Positions 1 to 8,167 are shown, counted from the first letter of the stretch. The stretch is 64,000 bases of DNA from Candidatus Parcubacteria bacterium (GCA_039799225.1 JBDLTF010000001.1:42488-106487), one strand, 5' to 3'. The notes: generated by a model from the sequence alone, not told the origin. Made by a program: numbers and translations.

Positions 1-253
1 GAGCGATCTCCTGCTCAGATAAACCATTAATAAAGGTTATCTTCTGTTCATCGATGACATACGTACCATTCAGAGGATCTGAAAAGGTTCCTTCATTCCC
101 TGCAATCACCGGTGCTTTCGCTTCATTCAAGAAAGTCTTTACTTCACGATACTGCACATTGATGTAGTACATGAGTACTGGCAAAATAATCAAGAAGAAG
201 ATAGCCGCCGCAAGCTTCGAATACCAAGTTACTTCATTAAATTTTATGGTCAT
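1..253 (-). CDS. N-terminal part of a hypothetical membrane-anchored protein; the gene runs off the window start. Translation begins MTIKFNEVTWYSKLAAAIFFLIILPVLMYY...
   Basis: Open minus-strand frame with an ATG at 251-253 and a hydrophobic N-terminal helix. No family recognised. Confidence 0.4.
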   Translation of the reverse strand, partial: MTIKFNEVTWYSKLAAAIFFLIILPVLMYYINVQYREVKTFLNEAKAPVIAGNEGTFSDPLNGTYVIDEQKITFINGLSEQEIA

Positions 254-268
254 AGATTTTATATATTA

Positions 269-432
269 GGATGGGAGATCGCCCGCGACTCTCACTCGGC
301 TACCCGCCTCGTTCGGTCTGGGCACCGCCTCGCGGTTGCTCGTTGCTACTCGCAACATCGCTCCGGCGTTCGATTCTCCTCTCGCATGACACTCAAGTGT
401 CATGCTTACCTCAGTTAGTATACTAGATTTTG
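269..432 (-). repeat. tRNA-Gly-associated GC-rich element, copy 1. It contains a 118-nt core identical to copy 2, is preceded by the 10-nt mimic ggatgggaga of the tRNA 3' end, and ends in a 9-bp hairpin at 385-406.
   Basis: Direct sequence comparison with 1963-2128. The core at 273-390 equals 1972-2089 at 118/118. GC is about 62% against about 45% in the flanks. The segment GTTCGATTCTCC matches the tRNA T-arm. Confidence 0.6.
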
Positions 433-503
433 TGCGGGATGGGAGAATCGAACTCCCGACCACAGTTTGGAAAACTGTTATTATACCATTTAACTAATCC
501 CGC
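433..503 (-). tRNA. tRNA-Gly (anticodon UCC)
   Basis: Manual cloverleaf: acceptor GCGGGAT/ATCCCGC, anticodon stem ACAGT/ACTGT with loop TTTCCAA, T-arm GGGAGTTCGATTCTCCC. No encoded CCA. Confidence 0.7.
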
Positions 504-558
504 TTGGTTCCGCCATAGTAGCAGATTAACGGGAATTTGGAAATATTTTCACTAAGTG

Positions 559-1014
559 CTATTTCCCTGTATCCTCGTGGTGATGTATCGCGTGTTCCTT
601 CTCAACAACCTCCTTGATGATATCAACTTCTTTTTTCATCTCCCGTATAGCGTCTCTGATCTGTCCTATCTCCTTTTCTTCCTCCTCGATCTCCTTCCCT
701 GTCTTATCAGCAGCTTTCTTCTGATGCTTGAGACCACTCATGAGTATTGTATCTCCAATGAAATAAGATACGAAGAGGCCTGTTGCAAGAAGAATTGCCA
801 CCATCAAGATTAGATTGACTGGCTCATAGAATATAAAACCGAGTACTCCCCCTTTTTTCTGGAGCAAATCTGCTGTGTGCCAAACGCCGCGCCAGAAGAG
901 TACTATCGATGTGGCGCCGATGATTGTATAGATGATTGGATAACGGCTCAAATGGCCACGGACCTTATCCTCGAACCTATCAAAAAATAAAATCACTTTG
1001 CGTATCATGGCCAT
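559..1014 (-). CDS. Small membrane protein with two to three TM helices and a C-terminal charged coiled-coil tail (His-rich end)
   Basis: Minus-strand ORF of 151 aa with hydrophobic segments followed by an EEEEKE-rich tail. Confidence 0.45.
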   Translation of the reverse strand: MAMIRKVILFFDRFEDKVRGHLSRYPIIYTIIGATSIVLFWRGVWHTADLLQKKGGVLGFIFYEPVNLILMVAILLATGLFVSYFIGDTILMSGLKHQKKAADKTGKEIEEEEKEIGQIRDAIREMKKEVDIIKEVVEKEHAIHHHEDTGK

Positions 1015-1101
1015 GATTATATCATGTCGACATGCATCTCTCGAACAAGACAGCGTGCGAACTCGTAGAATTTTCGTCTTTATGCTAGGATGTTCTCACA
1101 A

Positions 1102-1175
1102 CGGAGCGTGGTGTAACGGCTAACATACCTGTTTTGGGAACAGGTGACTCCGGGTTCGAGTCCCGGCGCTCCGAC
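1102..1175 (+). tRNA. tRNA-Pro (anticodon UGG)
   Basis: Acceptor CGGAGCG/CGCTCCG, anticodon stem CCTGT/ACAGG with loop TTTGGGA, T-loop GTTCGAGTC. Confidence 0.7.
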
Positions 1176-1182
1176 ACGAAGT

Positions 1183-1207
1183 GACGACGCAAAAACCTCC
1201 ATTTATG
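1183..1207. terminator. Bidirectional rho-independent terminator aaaaacctcca-ttt-atggaggttttt
   Basis: Perfect hairpin flanked by A-run and T-run, between tRNA-Pro (+) and the yraN-like gene (-). Confidence 0.6.
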
Positions 1208-1228
1208 GAGGTTTTTAGGGACTCGAAC

Positions 1229-1606
1229 CTACAATACAACGTTTTTAAGCCATTTCACGCGAGCTCGCCGTACCGAGATGTCCATGTATACGCATAGGAC
1301 GTGAAACTGGAATTCAGAACCTAGTCCCCTATTCGTATCCTCAAGATAACATTCAATTGTACGTCTAAGCCGTTTCAGCTTGAGCGCATGAACATTATCC
1401 TCAGGACGATGACCGTCAACCGAGTATTCATTTCGGACAACAATGCTCTTTACCTCAAAAAAGTGTGTAATCCCTTCCTTGGTAGCTACAATATCCAATT
1501 CACCCCATTTCTTGAGATAGTTCCGGGTGACGATCGAAAACCCCTGTTTCCGGAGAAATACACAGGCTATATCCTCCCCTTTGTCTCCTTTTGTCCTTGT
1601 ATCCAT
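1229..1606 (-). CDS. yraN: YraN/UPF0102 family putative endonuclease
   Basis: 125 aa. Motifs GEDIA..FL..G and DIVA...HFFEVK are typical of UPF0102. Confidence 0.65.
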   Translation of the reverse strand: MDTRTKGDKGEDIACVFLRKQGFSIVTRNYLKKWGELDIVATKEGITHFFEVKSIVVRNEYSVDGHRPEDNVHALKLKRLRRTIECYLEDTNRGLGSEFQFHVLCVYMDISVRRARVKWLKNVVL

Positions 1607-1962
1607 GTTTTTGCTATTATATGGCTATAAATATAGTGTTTCACGTGAAAGTTTCAACATATTTGTCCTGACTTTTAAAATCGAGGGTATTAAAAATGGC
1701 TCTAAATATAGGTTTTACGACAAAATACCGCATCTGTGGACAAAAAATGGGTCAAAACCACGATAATAAGCCATTATTTGTGTCTTTTATACCCACTACC
1801 CACAGAGTTATCCCCAGTTTGTCTCTATAATTGACGATGTTGAGCCATTTTTTAAGGAAATCCCCAAAAAGGACAGTGGACAATCCTTTAAGTACAGAAA
1901 AAGGCGTAAATGATCAATCTTTCTGATTATTCACGCCTTTCCCTTGGTATCTACGGTCTTGG

Positions 1963-2128
1963 TGCGGGTAGGGAGATCGCCCGCGACTCTCACTCGGCTA
2001 CCCGCCTCGTTCGGTCTGGGCACCGCCTCGCGGTTGCTCGTTGCTACTCGCAACATCGCTCCGGCGTTCGATTCTCCTCTCGCATGACGCGTAGGCGTCA
2101 TGCTTACTTACTCGTAATATTGAGCCTG
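1963..2128 (-). repeat. tRNA-Gly-associated GC-rich element, copy 2. It is preceded by the 14-nt mimic tgcgggtagggaga of the tRNA-Gly(GCC) 3' end, and its hairpin at 2082-2103 carries compensatory changes relative to copy 1.
   Basis: 118/118 identity with copy 1 over 1972-2089. The hairpin gcatgacgc-gtag-gcgtcatgc in copy 2 corresponds to gcatgacac-tcaa-gtgtcatgc in copy 1. Confidence 0.6.
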
Positions 2129-2199
2129 TGCGGGTAGGGAGAATCGAACTCCCATCTCGTCCTTGGCAAGGACGCATTTTACCACTAAACTATACCCGC
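2129..2199 (-). tRNA. tRNA-Gly (anticodon GCC)
   Basis: Acceptor GCGGGTA/TACCCGC, anticodon stem CGTCC/GGACG with loop TTGCCAA, T-arm GGGAGTTCGATTCTCCC. Confidence 0.7.
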
Positions 2200-2324
2200 T
2201 TATATCGACGAACATCCACGAGTATATACTATTCTCAAAATATTTCAAAGGGTTTGGGCTTCTGATTTCGGGCAAGCAGTGCTACTATAGCGATGTTACA
2301 CGTGTAACACACCGATCGAAATTT

Positions 2325-2396
2325 GCCCTCGTGGTGAAATGGATATCACAACTGTCTTCGGAACAGTCGTTGGGGGTTCGAGTCCCTCCGAGGGCA
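2325..2396 (+). tRNA. tRNA-Arg (anticodon UCG)
   Basis: Acceptor GCCCTCG/CGAGGGC, anticodon stem ACTGT/ACAGT with loop CTTCGGA, T-loop TTCGAGT. A perfect 14-bp palindrome gttacacgtgtaac lies upstream at 2296-2309. Confidence 0.65.
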
Positions 2397-2439
2397 CACA
2401 ACATCGTAACGGCTAGAACTATAGCCAAAACTACCTAAT

Positions 2440-3933
2440 ATGGCCTCAAAAATAGCAGGAAACAGCGCTATACCACAGGAAATCACAGCTATTATCGAAA
2501 CTCTCGAAAAAGCTGGTTTTCAGGCATACCTCGTCGGAGGATGCGCACGAGATCTCTTCCTTGGACGTGTTCCAAAGGACTGGGATGTCACAACCAACGC
2601 AAAACCTGAACAAATACAGGCGCTTTTCACGAAAACCGTCTATGAAAACACCTTCGGTACTGTCGCCGTCATAAATGAGGCTACCGAAGATCCTAAGCTC
2701 AGGAATGTTGAAGTAACACCGTATCGTCTCGAGTCAGGGTATTCAGATCGACGCCATCCAGACTCCGTGAAATTCAGCGATAAGATAGAGGATGACCTTC
2801 AGCGCCGTGACTTTACGGTCAACGCGATAGCATTGTCCTTGTCCGATGGGGCTATAAAGGACATAATTGACCTATACGGGGGTTTTGCTGATATAAAGGA
2901 CAAATCCATCAGGACCGTGGGAAAACCTCAGGATCGCTTCAATGAGGACGCTCTACGCATGATGCGTGCGATTCGATTTGCAGTGGAACTAGGTTTCACC
3001 ATAGAAGAGGATACATTCTCGGCTATAAAATCTCTCCATACTACAATTCAGCAGGTATCAACCGAGCGTATTCGCGATGAGTTCGTGAAAATACTCATGT
3101 CACCGAGCCCTAAGAGGGGAATCGAACTCCTTCAGGAGGTTGGTATATTGAAGTACTTTATACCTGAGCTGGAGAAGAGTATTGGTGTTACACAGAATCA
3201 GGCTCACGCTTTCACGGTCTGGGAGCACCTTCTACGTAGTCTCCAGCATGCCGCAGACGAGAACTGGAGTCTGGATATACGAATTTCAGCCCTTTTCCAC
3301 GATATCTCAAAGCCTGAGACGAGGCGTGTTTCACGTGGAACATCTCAACCGACGTTTTACGGCCACGAGGTAGTTGGTTCACGTGAAACACGCAAGATAC
3401 TCGAAAGATTGAAGTTTTCACGTGTAATCATCGAGAAAGCGACGAAAATGGTCCGTTGGCACATGTTTTTCTCAGATACAGGCACAATTACACTCTCAGC
3501 TGTACGCCGTATGATAGTAAACGTAGGGAAAGAGAACATCTGGGACCTTATGAACCTCCGTATCTGTGATCGTATAGGTACTGGTAGGCCGAAAGCTGAT
3601 CCGTATCGTCTGAGGAAGTATAAATCAATGGTTGAAGAGGCTTTGCGTGATCCTATTTCGGTCACCATGCTCAATATTGATGGCAAGAGAATTATGGAGG
3701 TAGGGGACATTCCTGCTGGTCCAAAGATTGGTTTGGTGCTCAATGCGCTCATGGAAGAGGTGCTTGAAGATCCAAAACTTAACACTGCAGAATACCTAGA
3801 GAAAAAGACTCTGGCGCTTTTGGCTTTGCCTGAAAAAACGTTGAAGGAGCTTGCTGAAAAAGGAAAAGAGAAGAAAGGGGAGGCTGAAGAACAGGACCTC
3901 GAAACGATTCGTAAGAGACACCACGTCTCCTAG
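2440..3933 (+). CDS. cca: CCA-adding tRNA nucleotidyltransferase / poly(A) polymerase family protein with a C-terminal HD domain
   Basis: 497 aa. N-terminal GGCARDLFLGRVPKDWDVTT nucleotidyltransferase head motif, RFAVELGF, and an HD-domain-like middle region. Sits immediately downstream of a tRNA cluster in which no tRNA encodes CCA. Confidence 0.8.
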   Translation: MASKIAGNSAIPQEITAIIETLEKAGFQAYLVGGCARDLFLGRVPKDWDVTTNAKPEQIQALFTKTVYENTFGTVAVINEATEDPKLRNVEVTPYRLESGYSDRRHPDSVKFSDKIEDDLQRRDFTVNAIALSLSDGAIKDIIDLYGGFADIKDKSIRTVGKPQDRFNEDALRMMRAIRFAVELGFTIEEDTFSAIKSLHTTIQQVSTERIRDEFVKILMSPSPKRGIELLQEVGILKYFIPELEKSIGVTQNQAHAFTVWEHLLRSLQHAADENWSLDIRISALFHDISKPETRRVSRGTSQPTFYGHEVVGSRETRKILERLKFSRVIIEKATKMVRWHMFFSDTGTITLSAVRRMIVNVGKENIWDLMNLRICDRIGTGRPKADPYRLRKYKSMVEEALRDPISVTMLNIDGKRIMEVGDIPAGPKIGLVLNALMEEVLEDPKLNTAEYLEKKTLALLALPEKTLKELAEKGKEKKGEAEEQDLETIRKRHHVS

Positions 3934-3983
3934 GTTTTTGTCTTAAAAGGACACGAATTAAAGTTATCCCCAGATATGTCCTT

Positions 3984-4012
3984 TACAGACATTTCTATAA
4001 GACATATACTTA
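3984..4012 (+). promoter_or_regulatory. Sigma70-like promoter TTTACA-17nt-TATACT
   Basis: Near-consensus -35 and -10 elements with 17-nt spacing inside a 560-bp noncoding region. It would drive a plus-strand transcript that ends at the terminator at 4390-4437. Confidence 0.4.
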
Positions 4013-4019
4013 TCCCAGA

Positions 4020-4437
4020 TCAGTTTGTTATCCGAGGTGATCGCAGAAAAATAATACGGAAAAAATAATCACGGTTCGCGAGTAAGTTCGGTATTATTTT
4101 TCTGCGATCTAAACAAGCTACTGTTCTTTACACAAAGCATGGGTAGGCTTCCACTATTACGGAAGCGAAGAATATATTTTGATTCGACCTTCAATTGCTG
4201 AAGGGCTTGAATGGCGGTGCATTTTTCCTCAAACACAACTTAGCCTCCTTCGGGAGAGCAACTACACTTTAGGAATCCAATGCACACTGTCACCCCAGGA
4301 ATCGTCTGGTCTTGAATCCAAGGATCACCATTTGATCCCCGAGTCTGTGTGACTCACCAAAGTTCTTTCATTCTTCGCAACCAATCGTAGCCGCATCAAG
4401 CGCTTCCAACTGAACCGCAAGATGCGGCTTTTCTTTT
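4020..4437 (+). ncRNA. Candidate structured noncoding RNA of about 410 nt, identity unknown. Contains an 18-bp-arm inverted repeat at 4037-4110 and ends at a plus-strand intrinsic terminator.
   Basis: No ORF of 60 aa or more. Promoter upstream. Terminator gccgcatc...gatgcggc followed by ttttctttt at 4390-4437. RNase P P4 and tmRNA T-arm motifs were searched by eye and not found. Confidence 0.3.
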
Positions 4438-4440
4438 ACC

Positions 4441-4469
4441 AAAAAAGACCGAAAAAACGGTCTTTTTTA
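4441..4469. terminator. Bidirectional terminator aaaaaagaccg-aaaaaa-cggtctttttt, downstream of xth
   Basis: Perfect hairpin with flanking A-run and T-run. Confidence 0.6.
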
Positions 4470-4497
4470 CTATACAGATTGCTGTTGAGCGGTAGAA

Positions 4498-5292
4498 CTA
4501 TCCAATAGTGATTGAAACGGGGCAATGGTCAGAACCCATGACTTCAGGCAAAATCTCAGCCTTTTTGACCTTCTTTTCGAGAATTTTCGACACCAATACG
4601 TAGTCTATTCTCCAACCGACATTGCGTTCACGAGAATGACCGAAGTGGGACCACCAGGTATAGAATCCATTACCTTTGTTGAACAGACGGAAAGTATCAA
4701 CAAAACCGGCATCGACACAATTCTGGAATCCTTCACGCTCTTCATTAGTGAAACCTTTCAAGCCAACATTTTCCTTGGGACGAGCGAGATCATCAGGGGT
4801 ATGAGCTACATTGAGGTCACCACAGAAGATAACAGGCTTCTTCTGCTCCAATTCCTTACAGTAGGCGAGAAATGCAGGGTCCCAGTGCTTGTGGCGGAGG
4901 GGAACGCGGCTCAAATCATCCTTTGCATTGGGTGTATAGACAGTAACAACATAGAAATCCTCGAATTCTGCGGCTATAACACGGCCTTCCGTACGAGGAT
5001 CGCCATATTCATCAGCTTCAAGGCCAAATTTTGTGCATATATGGTCAGGAATATCGTTTATCACCGCGATTGGCTTGGTTTTGGTGAAGATAGCTGTGCC
5101 TGAATAACCCTTTTTGACCGCCGAGTTCCAATATTCCGTGTATTCGGGGAGATCGATGACTGCCTGGCCTTGCTGAGCCTTGGTTTCCTGCAAACAGAAA
5201 ATATCCGGCTTGTGCTCGTTTATAAAAGGGAGGAGGGCGTCCTTCTTGATGACGGCACGAATGCCATTCACATTCCAGGAGATGATTCTCAT
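4498..5292 (-). CDS. xth: Exodeoxyribonuclease III / AP endonuclease
   Basis: 264 aa. MRIISWNVNGIRA...FCLQETK...GDLNVAH...SDHCPV are hallmark Xth/APE motifs. Confidence 0.85.
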   Translation of the reverse strand: MRIISWNVNGIRAVIKKDALLPFINEHKPDIFCLQETKAQQGQAVIDLPEYTEYWNSAVKKGYSGTAIFTKTKPIAVINDIPDHICTKFGLEADEYGDPRTEGRVIAAEFEDFYVVTVYTPNAKDDLSRVPLRHKHWDPAFLAYCKELEQKKPVIFCGDLNVAHTPDDLARPKENVGLKGFTNEEREGFQNCVDAGFVDTFRLFNKGNGFYTWWSHFGHSRERNVGWRIDYVLVSKILEKKVKKAEILPEVMGSDHCPVSITIG

Positions 5293-5348
5293 GGATGAAA
5301 TATAACATAAAAAGAGTCCTGGGGAGGACTCTTGTGAAAATAGTGAGC

Positions 5349-5918
5349 TTATCTAAAACTATTCAACGCCTCACTTGCAGAAAGTAGCTCTCCCACTCCA
5401 TCTTCCTCAGTGAAATGCCCTTTCGCATGTTCAATAATAATTTTTGGATTCAAAGCTTTTTCGAACGCTTCCTTATTCGCTTCTAACGGCACAGACTTGT
5501 CATTATCAGAGAAAATAGCTACGAACTTATCTGACATCTTGCGTATATTCATAAAATCGATCGGCCTTTCTATCCATGGACGAGCAATGTCTTGTTCTTC
5601 TTGAGTTTCGAGATTGGCGACCTGAAGCCACGGGGCGATCAAGATAAGTCCGCCAAGCTTTGATCCTTTATTCATCTCCAAATACCTGAGGATTGCCTGA
5701 CACCCAATACTGTGACCTATGAAATAGGTATCCTGATCGACATAATATACATTCTCCTCCAAGTGCTTGGTCCACGCGTCGATAGTCGGCACACCGGGGT
5801 TCGGCATATCAAGAACAGTTACCTCAAACCCTGCTTCTGTGCCAACTTTCCCCAGCCAAGAAATAAGAGGTTCTTTTGAACTACCATCCCAACCATGAAC
5901 AATTATAAGTCTTTTCAT
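5349..5918 (-). CDS. Alpha/beta hydrolase of the YdeN/RBBP9-like serine hydrolase family
   Basis: 189 aa. N-terminal IIVHGWDGS, nucleophile elbow GHSIGC, and a C-terminal His. Confidence 0.55.
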   Translation of the reverse strand: MKRLIIVHGWDGSSKEPLISWLGKVGTEAGFEVTVLDMPNPGVPTIDAWTKHLEENVYYVDQDTYFIGHSIGCQAILRYLEMNKGSKLGGLILIAPWLQVANLETQEEQDIARPWIERPIDFMNIRKMSDKFVAIFSDNDKSVPLEANKEAFEKALNPKIIIEHAKGHFTEEDGVGELLSASEALNSFR

Positions 5919-5960
5919 GGGCGTATTATATACTTTTAAAATAAAGTCTGCTTCGAACCC

Positions 5961-6926
5961 CTATCTCTTCTTCCCGTGAAACTGTTTGTGTATCCTCTTG
6001 AGCTCACTATCCGTCACGTGAGTATAGACCTGTGTAGTACTTATATCTGCATGGCCGAGAAGCATCTGCACAGAGCGTATGTCAGCACCATTCCCGAGGA
6101 GGTCAGTGGCGAAGCAGTGTCTGATGACGTGCGGCGTAACGCGCTTGGAAATTCCTGCTTTGATAGCGTATTTCTTAACAATACGTTCGATAGAGCGAGT
6201 CGTGAGGGGAGTATCACCTGGATCGAGTTCATCTTTTTTGCCTTTGCCTGACTTTTTTCCATTGGATTTGAGGGTGCGCTCACTGATTTCAACAAAAAGT
6301 GCTTCGCCCATGTCTTGGCGTGCATCGAGATACTTCTTGAGAGCGGCCTTAGCATCAGAGGAGAGGAAGACAGGGCGAACCTTGTCTCCTTTACCGCGAA
6401 TAGGGAATTCATCAGCAGTGAGGTCTATATCGCGGGTGAGGGAACAGAGCTCAGCTACACGAAGGCCCGTAGAGAAGAGGAGTTCGAGAATAGCAGCATC
6501 GCGCAGAGAAGCAGGGGAATCACCGTCAGGAGCATTGAGCAGGCGACGCAATTCATCGGAGGTAATAAGGTCAATCTGACGATGACCTACCTTGGCGAGC
6601 TCGATCATCTCAGGGGAGAGTGACTTCACGCCTCTACGAGCAAGGTATTTCAAGAATACACGCAGAGCAATGAGGTGATAATTCTGAGTGTTCTTCTTGA
6701 GGGTACGGACCTCGGTACGAGTCTTCCAGCCTGGTTGACGATTGAGCCAGAGGCGGAATTCACGCACTTTCTCTGCAGTAATGTCCTCGGGACCCTTAAT
6801 TTTGGCGAAATTCAAGAACTTAGTGATGAAGAAGTCGTAGTTTCGCACTGTTTTCACAGATCGACCCTTCTCGATCTCTATATATTCAAGGAATTGCTGT
6901 TTAAGGTCTCGGATATTATGCGACAT
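5961..6926 (-). CDS. xerD: Tyrosine site-specific recombinase XerC/XerD
   Basis: 321 aa. C-terminal catalytic motifs R..HCFATDLL, GHADISTTQVYTHV, and a conserved ARG-containing box. Confidence 0.8.
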   Translation of the reverse strand: MSHNIRDLKQQFLEYIEIEKGRSVKTVRNYDFFITKFLNFAKIKGPEDITAEKVREFRLWLNRQPGWKTRTEVRTLKKNTQNYHLIALRVFLKYLARRGVKSLSPEMIELAKVGHRQIDLITSDELRRLLNAPDGDSPASLRDAAILELLFSTGLRVAELCSLTRDIDLTADEFPIRGKGDKVRPVFLSSDAKAALKKYLDARQDMGEALFVEISERTLKSNGKKSGKGKKDELDPGDTPLTTRSIERIVKKYAIKAGISKRVTPHVIRHCFATDLLGNGADIRSVQMLLGHADISTTQVYTHVTDSELKRIHKQFHGKKR

Positions 6927-6978
6927 GGCTCTAGTATAGCTTATTTATACGCATTTCGATGTGGAGAATAGAGAATGC

Positions 6979-7012
6979 TTGACAAAAAATGTGGGTGTGC
7001 TATACTTATAGA
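6979..7012 (+). promoter_or_regulatory. Strong sigma70 promoter TTGACA-16nt-TGcTATACT (extended -10)
   Basis: Consensus -35, an extended -10 TG, and TATACT. Confidence 0.55.
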
Positions 7013-7014
7013 CG

Positions 7015-7171
7015 GTTAGTTATGTTGCACCTGCCAAGACGCGCCAAATCAGGCTCTAATAAAGCCGGAAAGGATCACATACTCACTCGGAACCTTCTGT
7101 CGTATTGAAGGCTAGTCGATAAACACCATGTTACCGCGCCACCTCTTCTAAGACTGTGGCGCGGTTTTTTA
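7015..7171 (+). ncRNA. Candidate small RNA or cis-regulatory leader of about 155 nt upstream of rpsO, ending in a strong intrinsic terminator (ccgcgccac...gtggcgcgg + TTTTTT, 7134-7171)
   Basis: Consensus promoter, no ORF, and a GC-rich terminator about 50 bp before the rpsO start. Possible SRP/4.5S-like motif GCCGGAAAGGA, but not confirmed. Confidence 0.35.
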
Positions 7172-7222
7172 TTTACCGAAATCCTTGCATTCCGACCCCA
7201 TTCATGCTACTATGTATAGGCA

Positions 7223-7492
7223 ATGTTAACTACACGACAAAAGACCAAGATTATCAAGGACATCGCCGTCCACGATAAGGATACTGGCTCAGCAGAGGTC
7301 CAGGTTGCTCTCTTGAGCAAGAGGATCGCTGAACTCACCGATCACCTCAAGAAGCACAAGAAGGACAACCACTCACGCCGCGGACTCCTCGGTATGGTTG
7401 CTGATCGCCAGACACATCTCGTCTATCTCAAGAAGAACCACCCTCGCCGCTACTCGGCAGTCCTCAAGAAGTTGGATCTCAAGAAGAAATAA
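7223..7492 (+). CDS. rpsO: 30S ribosomal protein S15
   Basis: 89 aa. LTDHLKKHKKDNHSRRGLL..MV..R..LL.YL is the canonical S15 signature. Confidence 0.9.
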   Translation: MLTTRQKTKIIKDIAVHDKDTGSAEVQVALLSKRIAELTDHLKKHKKDNHSRRGLLGMVADRQTHLVYLKKNHPRRYSAVLKKLDLKKK

Positions 7493-7617
7493 ACTAGACA
7501 AGGCGCCGCAAGGCGTTTCTTGTTATACTAGTCTCTAGTTACGCATTTTAATATTTAGTTAATCCTGTTTAAGGTTTATTTGTGCACTTTTGCATTTTTA
7601 GCTTTGAACTTTTACAT

Positions 7618-8136
7618 ATGTCAGTTATAAAACACAAAGAACAACGCGTCGGTATATTTATCGATGCACAAAACCTCTATCACAGCGGTCGCAATCTCTA
7701 TCATTCAAAGGTAAATTTCGGCGCTATCGTCAAAGAAGCACTCGATGGGCGCAAGCTTGTCCGTGCGGTCGCCTACGTTATTGCCACCGAATCAGGTGAA
7801 GAAACAAGCTTTTTCGAAGCTCTCGAGAAGATGGGTATTGAAACCAAGGTCAAAGACCTTCAAATCTTCAGCTCAGGCGCCAAAAAGGCGGACTGGGACG
7901 TCGGTATGGCTATCGACGCAGTGAAGCTCTCACCAAAGCTCGATGCAGTTATCCTCGTTACCGGTGACGGCGACTTCTGTCCGCTCGTCGAGTATCTTCA
8001 GATGAATCAGGGTTGCCAAGTCGAGGTTGTCTCGTTCGGCAAGTCTACTTCTGCGAAGCTCATCGAGGTATCAGATCACTTCATGGACCTCGACCAGGGT
8101 TCAGGAAAGTATCTCCTCAGAATGGGGAAGAGGTAG
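7618..8136 (+). CDS. NYN-domain (LabA/DUF88-like) protein, a putative RNase, inserted between rpsO and pnp
   Basis: Motifs VGIFIDAQNLYHS, AVILVTGDGDFCPLV. The start is probably the internal ATG at 7618 (MSVIKHK...) rather than 7582. Confidence 0.65.
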   Translation: MSVIKHKEQRVGIFIDAQNLYHSGRNLYHSKVNFGAIVKEALDGRKLVRAVAYVIATESGEETSFFEALEKMGIETKVKDLQIFSSGAKKADWDVGMAIDAVKLSPKLDAVILVTGDGDFCPLVEYLQMNQGCQVEVVSFGKSTSAKLIEVSDHFMDLDQGSGKYLLRMGKR

Positions 8137-8167
8137 TCGTAGCAATCAAAAATCATTTTTGCTACAG

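Noticed and set aside
269-432. Reading the tRNA-Gly-adjacent element as a tRNA intron, a second tRNA or a retron ncRNA
   Set aside because: Both tRNA-Gly genes are intact and contiguous without it, no complete cloverleaf can be drawn in the element (the T-arm-like segment pairs poorly), and no reverse transcriptase gene is nearby.
3934-4497. RNase P RNA or tmRNA in the large noncoding region
   Set aside because: I looked for P4 strands (GGAAAGUCCGG / ACAGAANCCGGCUUA), a tmRNA T-arm (GGTTCGANTCC) and an ALAA-type tag frame and found none. It is left as an unassigned candidate ncRNA rather than given a name.
4525-5103. Long antisense ORFs inside known genes (e.g. 4525-5103 in xth, 6079-6579 in xerD, 47106-47627 in polA, 55659-56444 in the acidic protein gene)
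   Set aside because: They overlap well-supported genes on the opposite strand and have no recognisable motifs. These are typical shadow ORFs.
2199-6926. A tRNA-linked integrative island ending at the XerC/D recombinase
   Set aside because: The intervening genes (cca, xth, a hydrolase) are ordinary housekeeping genes, GC content is uniform, and no direct repeat of the tRNA-Arg 3' end was found. XerC/D here is most simply the chromosomal dimer-resolution recombinase.
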